From contig OZ024743.1 of the NCBI GenBank assembly GCA_964016885.1, positions 78,616,001 through 78,680,000 on the forward strand: DNA of 64,000 nt, read 5' to 3'. Numbering within the stretch: position 1 is the first letter of the stretch; every line of letters starts with the position of its first letter. This document shows, piece after piece, positions 1-13,235 of the stretch. Source of the stretch: Eledone cirrhosa (taxonomy: Eukaryota). The position numbers were made by a program, and so were the translations under genes. The notes beneath the pieces were generated by a model. It did not search any database and had not been told where the DNA came from. It saw only the letters and a list, made by a program, of their open reading frames with translations.

Positions 1-1530
1 ACTGGATATTGAGACAGAGCCCTTCACCAGACAGGAGCTTCAGAGAGCCAAAAAGAGGATCAACGAGGGCAAGGCTCATGGAGAAGATGGAGTGGCATCA
101 GAGGTGATGAAGAGGTGTGATTTTGATGATATCATCCTGGGGTTCTGTAACCGGGCACTGGAGAAAGGAGTTGCCCCGAATCAGTGGAGGATCAGTAACA
201 TCGTCCCAGTGCCAAAGAAGGGAGATCTCTCTAACACCAACAACTACAGGGGGATCTCACTGACGTCACTTGTGGAAAAACCCTCAACAGGATGATTCTT
301 AACAGGATCCAGACTGAGATGGAGAAGAAGCTCAGGGACAACCAGAACGGCTTCAGAGAGGGAAGATCAACCACCAGTCACATCCTGATGCTGAGGAGGA
401 TATTAGAGGGAGCTAGAGCAAAGTGCCTTCCTGCGGTCATGGTTTTCATTGACTTTAGGAAAGCCTTTGATTCTGTGGACCATCACTGCCTGATGAAGAT
501 CTTACAGGCTTATGGAATCCCCAAGAGGATAGTGGACCTGATATCACTGCTCTACACCAACACCAAAGCCCAAGTCATTACACCTGATGGGATGACAGAG
601 TTCTTTGAGATACTGGCTGGAGTGCTCCAGGGAGATACATTGGCTCGCTACCTTTTTATCATCGTAGTGGACTATTGTATGCGCCTTGCACTGGAGAAAC
701 ACCAGGACTCTGGCTTTACTGTAGCACCGGCTCAGAGCAGGAGAGTTAAGGCGTAAAAGGTATCAGATCCTGAATTTGCCGACGACATAGTTTTGGTGAC
801 AAATACAGTGAAGGAGGCAGAGGATTTGATGCGGGAGGTTGAGACTGTGTCGATGATTGTGGGGCTGAGAATGAATGAGACTAAAACAAAATATCTGGTA
901 GAGAATGTTGAGAAGCCAGAGGGGATCACTAATGTAGGCTGGAAGCCGCTAGAATTGGTTGAGGGCTTCCTGTATTTGGGAGTAAAGATTGGGAATACGG
1001 AAGATGATGTGGTTGAGTGGAAGAGCAAAGTCTGGGCGGCGTGCCACAGCTTGAGATCGGTGTGGAAATCGGACCTTCGTAAAGACCTGAAAATCCGCCT
1101 CTTCATTGCTGTAGTGGAGTCTGTGCTGCTGTACGCGTCTGAGACTTGGACACTGACCAAGAAACTCACTCAGATGGTGGATGGGTGCTACACGAGAATG
1201 CTGAGGATGGCTCTGAACATTAATCAGTATACACTGAGGATGAAAAACTTAGAGCTGTATGGGAGCCTCCCAAAAGTCAGCTCAAAAGTGACACAGAGGA
1301 GACCTAGGTTAGCTGGACATGCTCACCGACATCCAGAGTTGACACTTCACTCAGTGCTCCTGTGGGAGCCCCTACATGGACACACTGGAAGAGGAAGACC
1401 AAGGTTAACATATGTTGACGCCCTAAGGACAGACACTGGTCTGTTGGAGACGCAGGACATGGCAGCGATAATGAGGGACAGAGACCGCTGGAGAGAACTC
1501 GTCCATGGATCTCGGGAATTTTACCCGCCC
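1..1530 (+). mobile_element. RTE-clade LINE, reverse transcriptase to C-terminus, pseudogenised
   Basis: ORFs 92-295, 292-756 and 793-1575 join into RT motifs PVPKKGDL..NYRGISL, QNGFREGRST, FIDFRKAFDSV, GVLQGD, EFADD (772-786) and an RTE-type C-terminus (LLYASETW, LAGH, GRGRP..Y.D). Frameshift near 292, in-frame TAA at 754. 3' end abuts (TA)n. Confidence 0.92.
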
Positions 1531-1576
<46 letters not shown>

Positions 1577-1582
1577 AACCAG

Positions 1583-1663
<81 letters not shown>

Positions 1664-1878
1664 TGTAAATAGCGATCGCAAGGTCAAGTATATATCTCTA
1701 TACCCTCACTGCATCATCCCATGCAATGATTACATGATTGGTGGCCTCCCCAGTTGGTCATCTTCTTTTGTCACACATTCTCTGACCTCCCCAATGAATA
1801 TTTCTTTTTTTTTTCAGGAAGCACAAAAAAGTCATTGAAAATACTGATCAATACTTAACATAGAAAATATTTTCCTCG

Positions 1879-2290
1879 TGTGAATGTGTGTGTTTGTGTG
1901 TATGTGTGTATGTGTGTAAGTGTATACATGTGTGGGTGTGTATGTGTGTATATGTGTGTATGTGTGGGTGTGTATGTGTGTATGTGTGGGTGTGTATGTG
2001 TTTATATGTGTGTATGTTTATATGTGTGGGTGTGTATGTGTGTGTGTATGTGTGGGTGTGTATGTATGTGTGTGGGTGTGTAAGTGTATGTATATGTGGG
2101 TGTGTATGTGTGTATGTGCGTGTGTAAGTGTATGTATGTATGTATATGTGTATGTATGTGTGTATGTATATGTGTGGGTGTGAAAGTGTATGTACGTGTG
2201 GGTGTGTATGTGTGTATATGTGTGTACGTGTGGGCGTGTCTGTGTGTAAATGTATGTATGTATGTGGGTATGTATGTATGTATGTGTGTT
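1879..2290. repeat. Compound (TG)/(TATG) microsatellite
   Basis: Degenerate tgtgta/tgtggg units, directly visible. Confidence 0.95.
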
Positions 2291-2329
2291 TTGTTACTGA
2301 CTTCATTCAACCTTCAACACATACATGTT

Positions 2330-2840
2330 GTCTCAGGCCCCAAACCAAATAAGCGGGGGTGGAGGCGGGGGGTGTGTGTAAAATCAGTAATGTTTATAGG
2401 TTGTCTCCCTTGGTATTTTCACCCCCCCCCAGAATTAGACGTTTAGTTTACATATTGAGACCCCAACCATCCTATATATTTTATAATTGTTTCTACTTTT
2501 GGCACAAGGCCAGCATTTACCTCAGTGCATTACTGGTACTTTATTTTATCGACCCCGTAAGGATGAAAGGCAAAGTTAACCTCGGCTGGATTTGAACTCT
2601 GAATGGCAAGGGCCGTAACTCTATACGTCAATATAATGCATTGGATTTCTGGTAATGTACTTTTGTCATGTATAAGGTTTTTTAATGTAAAAATAAAATT
2701 AATTGTAGCAGGAATGCTACTACTTAAATTAATATTTCATCGGAGATAGATTAGAAAAATTTAATAAATGGGGTGTAATGGGGTGGAGGGATTAGTGGGG
2801 GGTGGGGCTGGGGGTCAATTATTCGAAACCCCAGAATAGT
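2330..2840. mobile_element. Degenerate copy of the MITE at 7932-8401, interrupted by a SINE
   Basis: Shares aaatcagtaat..., gtttagtttacatattgagaccccaacc and gcaggaatgctac.acttaaa blocks with 8087-8330; right end attattcgaaaccccagaata resembles the TIR. Confidence 0.7.
2488..2631 (-). mobile_element. tRNA-derived SINE (Octopus OK-like), 5'-truncated, TSD tataat
   Basis: Reverse complement matches the family at 10411-10600 (gagttcaaat B-box, ctttgcctttcatccttacggggtcgata); tataat at 2482-2487 and 2632-2637. Confidence 0.85.
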
Positions 2841-2978
2841 GAACTACAACACAGAGAAACGTAGGCAAAACACGTTAAAGGGAGACAACTCAGACTAGCC
2901 TAAATACCTCAACAATTTTTGCTGTTACTGATTTTGTTCATCCAATCCTCTATACATACATTACACAATTATATATAT

Positions 2979-3026
<48 letters not shown>

Positions 3027-3634
3027 ATATATATAAATATATACATATATGTGTGTGTGTGTATGTGTGTGTGTGTGTGTGTGCGTGTGTGTGTGTGCAT
3101 ATATTATACAATTATATATATATATAAACATATATTTACACACACACACACAAATATATATATATATGTATATGCGTTCATACATGAATACACACGCGAA
3201 CACACATGCACACACAGGCACACACAGACACACACATACACACATATACACACCAATACACACATACACACTCATACACACATACACACTTATACACACA
3301 TACACAGCCTGTCCTTTACATTATATATCTTTGACATTTGCAACAATCGACTAGGCCAGGATAACATGTCACATAACAACTACATAGCTACTCCGCCACC
3401 CCGCCACCACACCATCATCCCACCATCATACCAGCCACCACTCCACCATCATACAACCCCACCACCCCACCATCATGCCAGCCACCACCCCACCATCATA
3501 CCAGCCCCCCCCCCATCCTACCAGCCCCCCCCACCATCATACCACCCTCCACCCTGCCACTGCACCACCCCTCAATCCCGCCATCACACCAGCCACCACC
3601 CCGCCAGGAAAATATGCTTCGTAGAATCAAGACG

Positions 3635-3743
3635 TATCTGAGGAATTTGCGATTTTCAGAGTCAGGTTCTATCATCACACCGATCGTGCCTCGAGGTGGT
3701 CGCCAGAGAAACGATGGTAATATGTCCAATACCATTCGTCGTA
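3635..3743 (+). ncRNA. Type I hammerhead ribozyme motif with long stems II and III
   Basis: tat-CTGAGGA(3638-3644)-tttgcgatt...ggtcgccaga-GAAAC(3708-3712)-gatggta/taccattc-GTC(3738-3740)-gta; stem I only 3 bp. Confidence 0.55.
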
Positions 3744-3781
3744 ACACTGATTCTCTTTTTTTCTGTTATATATATATATAT

Positions 3782-4673
3782 AAATGAGCGGAACAAGCAA
3801 TTATCAAACAATCTTTTAAATAAATTAAAAAACGATTTAAATATTCACCTGTTCTATTGCCGTTACCGACAGTTTCACTAATCAAAAGATTGGAAATTCA
3901 GAGAATTTCCAATGGAAAGAATTAGATCTTCAGACAGCTATTTCCATAATATAGGGTATAAAGCCTCATAGTAAGTTAATATTTCGCTTCATTCGCGGTG
4001 CATGCGGTCAAGCCGTTAAAGTGACTTACACACAAAAATAGGCCATGAGTAAAAGCGGGTTATTATAAACTTGTTGATCATGCCGCTAAAAATAGCAGCG
4101 CAATACACCGTTTTGTTCTCTACATATAGGAGAAAAATTATAAAAGGGTATAGATATTCCTACAGGCACTAGGTACCTCCAGAAATATGCATGGTGTTTA
4201 TAATACCCTTTTATAATTTTTCTCCTATATGTAGAGAACAAAACGGTGTATCGCGCTGCTATTTTTAGCGGCATGATCAACAAGTTTATAATAACCCGCT
4301 TTTACTCATGGCCTATTTTTGTGTGTAAGTCACTTTAACGGCTTGACCGCATGCAACGCGAATGAAGCGAAATATTAACTTACTATGAGGCGTTATACCC
4401 TTATAGGATGGACATAGCTGTCTGAAGATCAAATTCTTTCCATTGGAAATTCTCTGAATTTCCAATCTTTTGATTAGTCAAACCGTCGGTAACGGCAATA
4501 GAACAGGTGAATATTTAAATCGTTTTTTAATTTATTTAAAAGATTGTTTGATGATTACTTGTTCCGCTCATTTTTATAGTTCTGGTATCTCAAATTAGTA
4601 CCATCGAACCACAACTATTATAAACACCATGCATATTTCTGTAGGTACTCAGTGCCTGTCGGAATATCCATAC

Positions 4674-4680
<7 letters not shown>
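3782..4680. repeat. Long inverted repeat cassette, about 370-bp arms (3782-4150 / 4203-4572); the spacer is itself inverted at 4618-4670
   Basis: aaatgagcggaacaag...ataaaagggtat versus atacccttttat...cttgttccgctcattt; bounded by (TA)n. Confidence 0.93.
3849..3939 (-). ncRNA. HHR-like motif in the left IR arm (mirror copy 4416-4507 on +, with GAAA>CAAA)
   Basis: Minus strand: agctgt-CTGAAGA-tctaat..[hairpin attggaaattc/gaatttccaat]..attagt-GAAAC-tgtcg-gtaa-cggca-ATA-gaacag; stems I and III imperfect. Confidence 0.5.
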
Positions 4681-4754
<74 letters not shown>

Positions 4755-4916
4755 AAGAGAAGTGTGTTGATATGTGTGTAAAGAATTATTACAAGTGAGC
4801 TTAACCGTTACTGTATGGAGAACAATATCTACAGGTTAGCAATTAAATAGAAAAAAACTAAGTCAGTATCAAATCTCTGAAGTAGAGTTTTAAATTACCA
4901 ACCTTATAACTATAAG

Positions 4917-4992
4917 TTTGCTGATACGAATCTAGTTCGTTTCACCACAGAAATGTGCAGTTTAACAGCCCACAGGTTCCTCAGTCAGCAAA
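4917..4992 (-). ncRNA. Canonical type I hammerhead ribozyme
   Basis: Minus strand: tttgctga-CTGAGGA-acc..ggt-GAAAC-gaa-ctaga-ttc-GTA-tcagcaaa; 8-bp stem I, 5-bp stem III, intact core. Confidence 0.85.
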
Positions 4993-5458
4993 TGTGGATT
5001 CTGTTCAAGACACATCTAACCTCATGGATAGAGAAAGCTACTATACATGCTGCCCAGAGTAGGGCGAAATCACGTGTTATTTGCATCAAATAACGGCTCT
5101 CGTGGATTGGGGAAAATGCTAGAGAGGGCAGCCCAACCATTCGAATTTATTAGCTCAACAATTTGGTGCTCGTTAAGTATAAGAGGATCGGAATTAAGAG
5201 TATTCCGCAGTTCACAGTAATAATAATAATATTAGCTCAAATAAGAATAGAGAATTTTCTTCTGAGCTCAAATACAAATATATTACACAAAGAGAAGTGT
5301 GTTACACAGTGAGATGTGTGTAAAGAATTATTACAAGTGAGTTTAACCGTTACTGTATGGAGAACAATACCTACAGGTTAGCAATTAAATAGAAAAAAAC
5401 TAAGTCAGAATCAAATCTCTGAAGTAGAGTTTTAAATTACCAACCTTATAACTATAAG

Positions 5459-5534
5459 TGTGCTGATACGAATCTAGTTCGTTTCACCACAGAAATGTGC
5501 AGTTTAACAGCCCACAGGTTCCTCAGTCCGAAAA
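5459..5534 (-). ncRNA. Second copy of the 4917 HHR, stem I mutated
   Basis: Same core and stems II/III; plus strand has tccgaaaa in place of tcagcaaa. Confidence 0.7.
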
Positions 5535-5767
5535 TGTGGATTCTGTTCACGACACATCTAACCTCATGGATAGAGAGAAAGCTAATATACACGCTGCCCA
5601 GAGTAGGGCGAAATCACGTGTTAACACAGTAACGGTTAAATAATTCTTTACACGCATCTCAATGTTCTTACATTGAGCTATTTCTCTTACTGGTAATATG
5701 GTAGTAGCAAATTACTGACCTTTCCTGTTTATAATTGTTTATAGTATATACATAACTATAAATAGTG

Positions 5768-5820
<53 letters not shown>

Positions 5821-5822
5821 TG

Positions 5823-5877
<55 letters not shown>

Positions 5878-5879
5878 AC

Positions 5880-6622
5880 ACTGGGTTGTATGTACAATGT
5901 TTATTTAACAAGGTTGAGCTATGTAGAGCAGAATGGTTGACATGCCAAGAGAGATGAAAGGATGAATTAAAGTTAGTTGTTTACCGTTTTGAAGTCAGCG
6001 CGCAAGAGACCAAGACGTCTTTACATTACCATGTTCAGGTTGCCAGAGAGTATACCCTCGGCGGAACGCATCTGGCCGAAGGGCCAGGCAGGTTAAAAGA
6101 GAGCGAGTTAGCTGTCGGCTCTCTCCTTTATAGTTCCCTCGGGCGGAAGTTCCTAAGAAGGTTCTGCCACCTCAACGGGAAGTAATTCCAGCTACTTCCT
6201 GTCTAGAGAGCGCTACTGGTGATGTGATCGTCATAACAAGGGAGGCAACTCTTTCTACCTTATCCCCCGCCAGATTTTTTAAATATAAAAATCCAATCAA
6301 CCATGTATGAAGTAAGATGGCGAGCATGTAACACCAAAGTCCAGGCATGAAAATTACAAAAAAATAATGTTTGCAATAAAAGCAAAACAGCAAAATATAA
6401 GCATGCAAAAATCAATTATAGATATCAAGGTAGCCAACCGCTCTTGGCCAGAGAACGACTGGACATCTATCTATCCATCACACAAAGATACAATGTAATC
6501 AACCTAAAAGAAGAGGTCAAAGGAGCAAAGAAACGTGCTCGAACATAGTTATTAAAAAAAGGTTCAAATGTTCAAAATACAGTTCACAGGTGACAGCAGG
6601 AAAGAAAGTGTCTCCTGTTACA
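5880..6622 (-). mobile_element. Possible solo LTR
   Basis: Minus strand begins TGTAAC at 6622, has TATAAAG near 6130 and AATAAA near 5902; no ORF; 3' CA terminus and TSD not clear. Confidence 0.35.
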
Positions 6623-6779
6623 TTGAACTATTTCTCTTACTGGTAATAAGGTAGTAGCAAATTCCTGACCTTTCCTGTTTATAGTTGTTTATAGTATATA
6701 CATAACTATAAATAGTGTTATTATTATTATTATTATTATATATATGTGTATACATATATATATATATAAATAGTATTGT

Positions 6780-6827
<48 letters not shown>

Positions 6828-6844
6828 ATGTATATGTATATATA

Positions 6845-6942
<98 letters not shown>

Positions 6943-6958
6943 CAGCAACAGTCACACA

Positions 6959-7650
<692 letters not shown>

Positions 7651-7931
7651 GGAGTTGATTACACACCTTCTGTTTGTAAGTCGAACACCTTCACAACAAT
7701 ACTAGACTACTGTACCCTAGTATCACAATTAGTATTAATTAATGTTTGAAATACTAATTAATACCATATTTAATTATTATGAGTTTTAGACATACACGTA
7801 CCAATTTGTCTTATTTAGAGCAACTCTGTTGAATCAATTTCCTGACCTATTTCTAAAAATCAATAACCGAATTGGCCCCTTTTAAGAAAAATATTTGGAT
7901 AAAATCAATATCACTAATAATATAGATGTAT

Positions 7932-8036
7932 TACTCTCGGGTACCAAATAATAGGGGGATGTGTGGCATGAGCGAGGGGTTAGAATAAGTGGTGGAGTTG
8001 GAATAAGTGTGTGGGGGAATAAGCATGTGTGCGCGC

Positions 8037-8086
<50 letters not shown>

Positions 8087-8401
8087 AAAATCAGTAATTT
8101 TTCTAGGTTTGTTTCCGTTGATTATTTAAAAAAAGACAGAATTAGTTGTTTAGTTTACATATTGAGACCCCAACCCATCCTATATATTTTATAACATGGG
8201 ATTTCAAGTAACGTACTTTTTTTGTCATGTATGTTTTTTAATGTCTAAAGAAAATTGATTGTCGCAGGAATGCTACCACTTAAAATAAAATTTTGTCGGA
8301 GATAAATTAACAAAATTTAATAAACGAGGGGTTACACTGAGAGGGAGTTTGGAAAAATCTGAAAAATTAATAAGGAGACGATTATTGGAGACCAGAGAGT
8401 A
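7932..8401. mobile_element. MITE with imperfect 21-bp TIRs, TA-flanked (Tc1/mariner-type)
   Basis: tactctcgggtaccaaataat ... attattggagaccagagagta; second copy near 2330-2840. Confidence 0.75.
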
Positions 8402-9054
8402 TGTCAGAGGGAGGGCTGCGGGAATGGTTCTTTAACTTTTGTTTACAGTAAACGACGTGTTGTACTGTTTGTAAAATATTATGTCTTCGGGGAAGTTTAA
8501 ATATCATACCACGATTTTATAGGGAAAATCTAATGTTTGTCTGTATATACAAAGTTTGAAAAGCGAGTGTATTAGAATTTGTAGAATAATGGGAAAAACT
8601 CAACGCAAGGAAGTGGTTGAAACAGCAAAATGCCATCAATGACGGCTAGAAATCAGAAGCTTGCAGAAGTGATAGGAAGAAAGGAGAAAAGGAAGATAAC
8701 AGAAGATCACACAAACATTAACATTCTCTCATCAGCTTTTAGACCGCCTGTAGATTCGACGATTTAGCTAAAAGTACAACGTAAAATAGACGGCTCGTAA
8801 AACGGAGTAATAAATATTTCTGTTGGTATGATGTTTGTGTGAGGAACGAACAGATTAGATAGACCGACAGACCCGTTAGACGGAGAAAGCAAAACAAAGT
8901 GCACCCACTTGGGCTCAGGTGGATGTTAGAAAAGACAACAATGGCTCTGTATACGGGGGTGGTAGGAAGCGAAAGTGGCGAGTAGGAGCGGCGGGTAGGC
9001 GGAGGAAAGAAAAGAAGCAGTAAGAGGAGGGAAAGGTGGAGGGAGGGAGAGAGA

Positions 9055-9126
<72 letters not shown>

Positions 9127-9395
9127 CGGAGGAAGAGTGAAAAAATAGCCAACAAAGCTCAGGCATGGTATATATACATAACATTTATGTTGGATAGTTT
9201 ATCTAATGGATATATCTAGTCATTCCGTTTAGCAGATCGTGATGCAATGAACAAAAGCACTCAACGTTATGCGTATCATCAATCACAGATGTGGTATCTC
9301 GTGGTTGGTGCAGCAACGGAGTTGAATACTTCGATGAAATGATTTTACAGCATTGAAAGGATATTTGGAATCCGGCCTTCTTTTTTTCACTGAAG

Positions 9396-9510
<115 letters not shown>

Positions 9511-9684
9511 TAAAAAGAGGTTTAACACGGTTAAGCGATATAATAGGGTTTATCCCAAGTATTAACATGTTTCATCTCCAGGTGTTAAATTCTTTTTTTT
9601 CTTGAAACTACTTTCCTCAATAATCAATTGACAATTGTGAAAACTCGATGTTGAATACACAAAATAATACAACGTAGCTGGCGA

Positions 9685-9743
<59 letters not shown>

Positions 9744-9910
9744 ACAAATCGTTTATCGTTCTACATGGCTGAATACAATAAATGTAATCTGACTTTTTCG
9801 AATATTAATAATAATATTCGATTCGTTTGCAATCATGCAAACAGCCTCTTTAAAACCATGTCAGTAGAATGAGAACGTCATTTTTGCTCTTGTGTTGGCA
9901 TGTAAACAGA

Positions 9911-9957
9911 ACTGCAGACACTGATGTTTCTGGGTTATTACCCTTCAATAGTCCAGT
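9911..9957 (-). ncRNA. Decayed HHR
   Basis: Minus strand: actgga-ctattga(core mutated)-a-gggt-aata-accc-a-GAAAC-atcagt-GTC-tgcagt. Confidence 0.45.
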
Positions 9958-10205
9958 ATACTGCTTACGTGCCAACTGTCAGAGCTAGTGAAAATTTATG
10001 ATATTTTCTGAAATATATGGTGATTGATCGGCCTGATTTGCATATTAACACACTGCTTGATCAGTCAGATCTGCATATTAGCAGATCCAAGGATCAGCCA
10101 GATTTGATATCAGCAGATAGGCCAGTCAGTTCATGTATACGAGCGATTAATGGCCGGCTTTGCCATATTCAAATAACAAACAAACGAATCGAATATTATT
10201 ATTAA

Positions 10206-10392
10206 TTGTCTCTACTTTAGGCACAAGGCCAGCAATTACCCAGTGCATTACTGGTACTTTATTTTATCGACCCCGTAAGGATGAAAGGCAAAGTCAACCT
10301 CGGCGGGATTTGAACTCAGATCGTAAAGGGACGTAACTATGCTGGAAAGCATGGCGTCCGACCCTCTACTGAGACTGCCAATCCACCGCCCA
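10206..10392 (-). mobile_element. tRNA-derived SINE (OK-like), full length
   Basis: Reverse complement has A-box tggcagtctcggtag, B-box gagttcaaatcc and the family body/tail. Confidence 0.85.
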
Positions 10393-10410
10393 CGAATATT
10401 ATAATTAATT

Positions 10411-10600
10411 GGCAGTGGATTGGCAGTATCGGTAGAGGGTCCGACGCCATGCTTTGACGCATAGAGTTACGGCCCTTGCCATTTTGAGTTCAAATCTCGC
10501 CATGGTTAACTTTGCCTTTATTCCTTACGGGGTCGATAACATAAAGTACCAGTAATGCACTGGGATAATTGCTGGCCTTTGCCAAACGTAGAAACAATTA
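10411..10600 (+). mobile_element. tRNA-derived SINE (OK-like), head-to-head with the previous copy
   Basis: tggcagtatcggtaga (A-box), gagttcaaatct (B-box), ggggtcgata..aagtaccagtaatgcactggg, tail agaaacaattatta. Confidence 0.85.
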
Positions 10601-10807
10601 TTAATATTCGAAAAACTCAGATTACATTTATTGTACTCAGCCATGTAGAGCGATAAACTACTTGTTTATGTTACAATATATGTTAGTCAATCACAGACAC
10701 TATTGTAAGTAGAATGGAGCACTAACGACGTCTACAATAGATCGGTCTACTCTCGGGTATGATTATTATAATGAAGTATAAGTCAGGTTAGAATATACTT
10801 CATTTAT

Positions 10808-11293
10808 TCATTAAGGTTTGTTGGTTCATCACTGGATAGAACTGGTCATTCCGTGTAGTCAAAATTGATGTAATATTAGGGAGAACACTCGACGTAATGC
10901 AACTCACCCGTTTTCGTTTGTGTTGTTGGTGGTGCGAGTACGGCCAACCGGATTGGCAACTGCTAATTGTCTGGCCGCCTTCTCGTCTCTCTGCTTTTTC
11001 AGCCCCATGGATTGTGTCTATTATATTCCTTTGTTTAATTTCGAATACGTGATGATGTCACCGGATTCATACTGGACCCGGTCATTGAAATGTTCATAGT
11101 ATAATAAACCTTTAACGAATTACACCAGTCCAACCTCCTGTTATTTTATAATAATCAAGTCCGTACTCGCAACACCAACTACATAAACGAAGGCGGGTGA
11201 GCTGCATTACGTCGAGTGCTCTCCATAATACTACATCGAGGTTGACTATACGGAATGACCAGTTCTATCCAGTGATGAACCAACAAACTTAAA

Positions 11294-11365
<72 letters not shown>

Positions 11366-11410
11366 AATATTCATTTAGGTTTGTTGGTTCATCACTGGAT
11401 AGAACTGGTA
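10808..11410. repeat. Inverted repeat cassette (10808-10943 / 11161-11297), third partial copy at 11370-11410
   Basis: tttgttggttcatcactggatagaactggtcattccg versus cggaatgaccagttctatccagtgatgaaccaacaaa. Confidence 0.9.
11045..11102 (+). ncRNA. HHR motif with C3>G, followed by AATAAA
   Basis: atac-gTGATGA-..accgg/ccggt..-GAAAtg-tt-caTA-gtat-aataaa. Confidence 0.55.
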
Positions 11411-11431
11411 TATATATATATGTATTTATAT

Positions 11432-13235
11432 TTGGGTGGTTGGGTGGTTGGGTGGTTGGTTGGGTGGGTGGGTGGTTGGATGGTTGGTTGGGTGTTTGGG
11501 TGGTTGGTTGGGTGGGTGGGTGGTTGGATGGTTGGTTGGGTGTTTGGGTGTTTGGGTGGGTGGGTGGGTGTTTGGGTGGTTGGTTGGGTGGGTGGGTGGT
11601 TGGATGGTTGGTTGGTCGAGTAGTTGGTTGGTTGGGTGGTTGGTTGGTTGGTTGGGTGGTTGGGTGGTTGGTTGGGTTGTTGGTTAGGTGGTTGGTTGGG
11701 ATTTGAAACCGCGCGGTAAAGGCACATATAGTAAGTACAGCGAACTTTTTAAAATTTATTTAAAAACCTTTTCTCTATTTGCTAGACCTTGATTTGATAT
11801 ATATATATATACACGACCCCACACACTATAGCACTAAAGGGGGAAATAGGGAAAGGGGTAAAAATGAAGCAAGAGAGCAACTTACCTTAAAATGTCGTGA
11901 CGTCATGGTGACATTGTAATATCAAATAGATTGACAGGTTATCTACAAATGAATGGCCAACTAGTCAAAATGATTGAGGAGGACGTCAGCCAGGTTACGA
12001 GCCAACTAACCAGCTAGGTAACCAGTCAGCCAACTAACTGAGCAGCCAGCCAGGCATCAAGCCATCCTCCCAACCAACCAACCAACCATCCATCCAGCCA
12101 CCAAACCAACCACTCAACCACCCAAACATCCAACCACCCAACCACCCAACCACCCAACCATCCAACCACCCAACCACCCAACCACCCAACCACCCAACCA
12201 ACCACCCAACCATCCAACCAACCAACCACCCAACCAACCACCCACCCAACCACCCACCCACCCACCCAACCAACCAACCAACCACCAAGCCATCCAACCA
12301 CCCAACCAACCACCTAACCAGCAATCCAGCCACCCTATCACCCAACCACCCAACCACCCAACCAACCATCCAACCACCCAACCGTCCAACCAACCAACCA
12401 GCCACCCAACCAACCAACCACCCACCCACAACCCACCCAACCATCCAACCAAACAATCATCCAACCACCCACCCAACCAAACATCCAACCACCCAACCAA
12501 CCAACCACCCAACCATCCAACCAACCAACCATCCAACCACGCAACCAACCACCCAACCAACCACCCAACCATCCAACCAACGAACCACCCAACCATCCAA
12601 CCAACCACCCAACCATCCATCCAACCAATCATCCAACCACCCAACCAACCAACCACCCAACTAACCAACCACCAAACCATCCAACCATCCAACCAACCAC
12701 CTAAACAGCCATCCAGCCACCCTATCACCCAACCACCCAACTACCCAACCAACCATCCAACCACCCAACCACCTAACCAGCCATCCAGCCACCCTATCAC
12801 CCAACCACCCAACTACCCAACCAACCATCCAACCACCCAACCAACCACCTAACCAACAACCCAACCAACCACCCAACCACCCAACCAACCAACTACTCGA
12901 CCAACCAACCATCCAACCACCCACCCACCCACCCAACCAACCACCCAAACACCCACCCACCCACCCAACCACCCAAACACCCAACCAACCATCCAACCAC
13001 CCACCCAACCAACCACCCAAACACCCAACCACCCACCCAACCACCCAACCACCCAAACACCCAACCAACCATCCAACCACCCACCCAACCAACCACCCAA
13101 CCACCCAACCACCCAACCACCCAACCAACCACCCAACCACCCAAACACCCAACCAACCATCCAACCACCCAACCAACCACCCACCACCCACCCAACCAAG
13201 CCCCCCAACCAGCCCCCCAACCAACCAACCATCCA
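11432..13235. repeat. Inverted (GGTT/GGGT)n (11432-11700) and (CCAA/CCCA)n (12030-13235) arrays
   Basis: Directly visible; share the unique marker ggtcgagtagtt / aactactcgacc. Confidence 0.9.

Larger units (their letters stand above)
4750..5623 (-). repeat. Direct repeat, about 335 bp x2 (4750-5079, 5285-5623), period about 542 bp, each copy with an HHR
   Basis: acacaaagagaagtgtgtt...gggcgaaatcacgtgtta occurs twice with few differences. Confidence 0.93.
9747..10665. repeat. Inverted repeat arms (9747-9815 / 10597-10665) enclosing a decayed HHR and two SINEs
   Basis: gtttatcgttctacatggctgaatacaataaatgtaatctga versus tcagattacatttattgtactcagccatgtagagcgataaac. Confidence 0.85.

Noticed and set aside
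1801-1863. Splice acceptor plus short terminal exon (KHKKVIENTDQYLT*)
   Set aside because: No partner exons or homology; such acceptor-like tracts arise by chance (likewise near 42948 and 54983)
10411-10500. tRNA gene
   Set aside because: A/B boxes belong to a multi-copy SINE head; no complete cloverleaf seen
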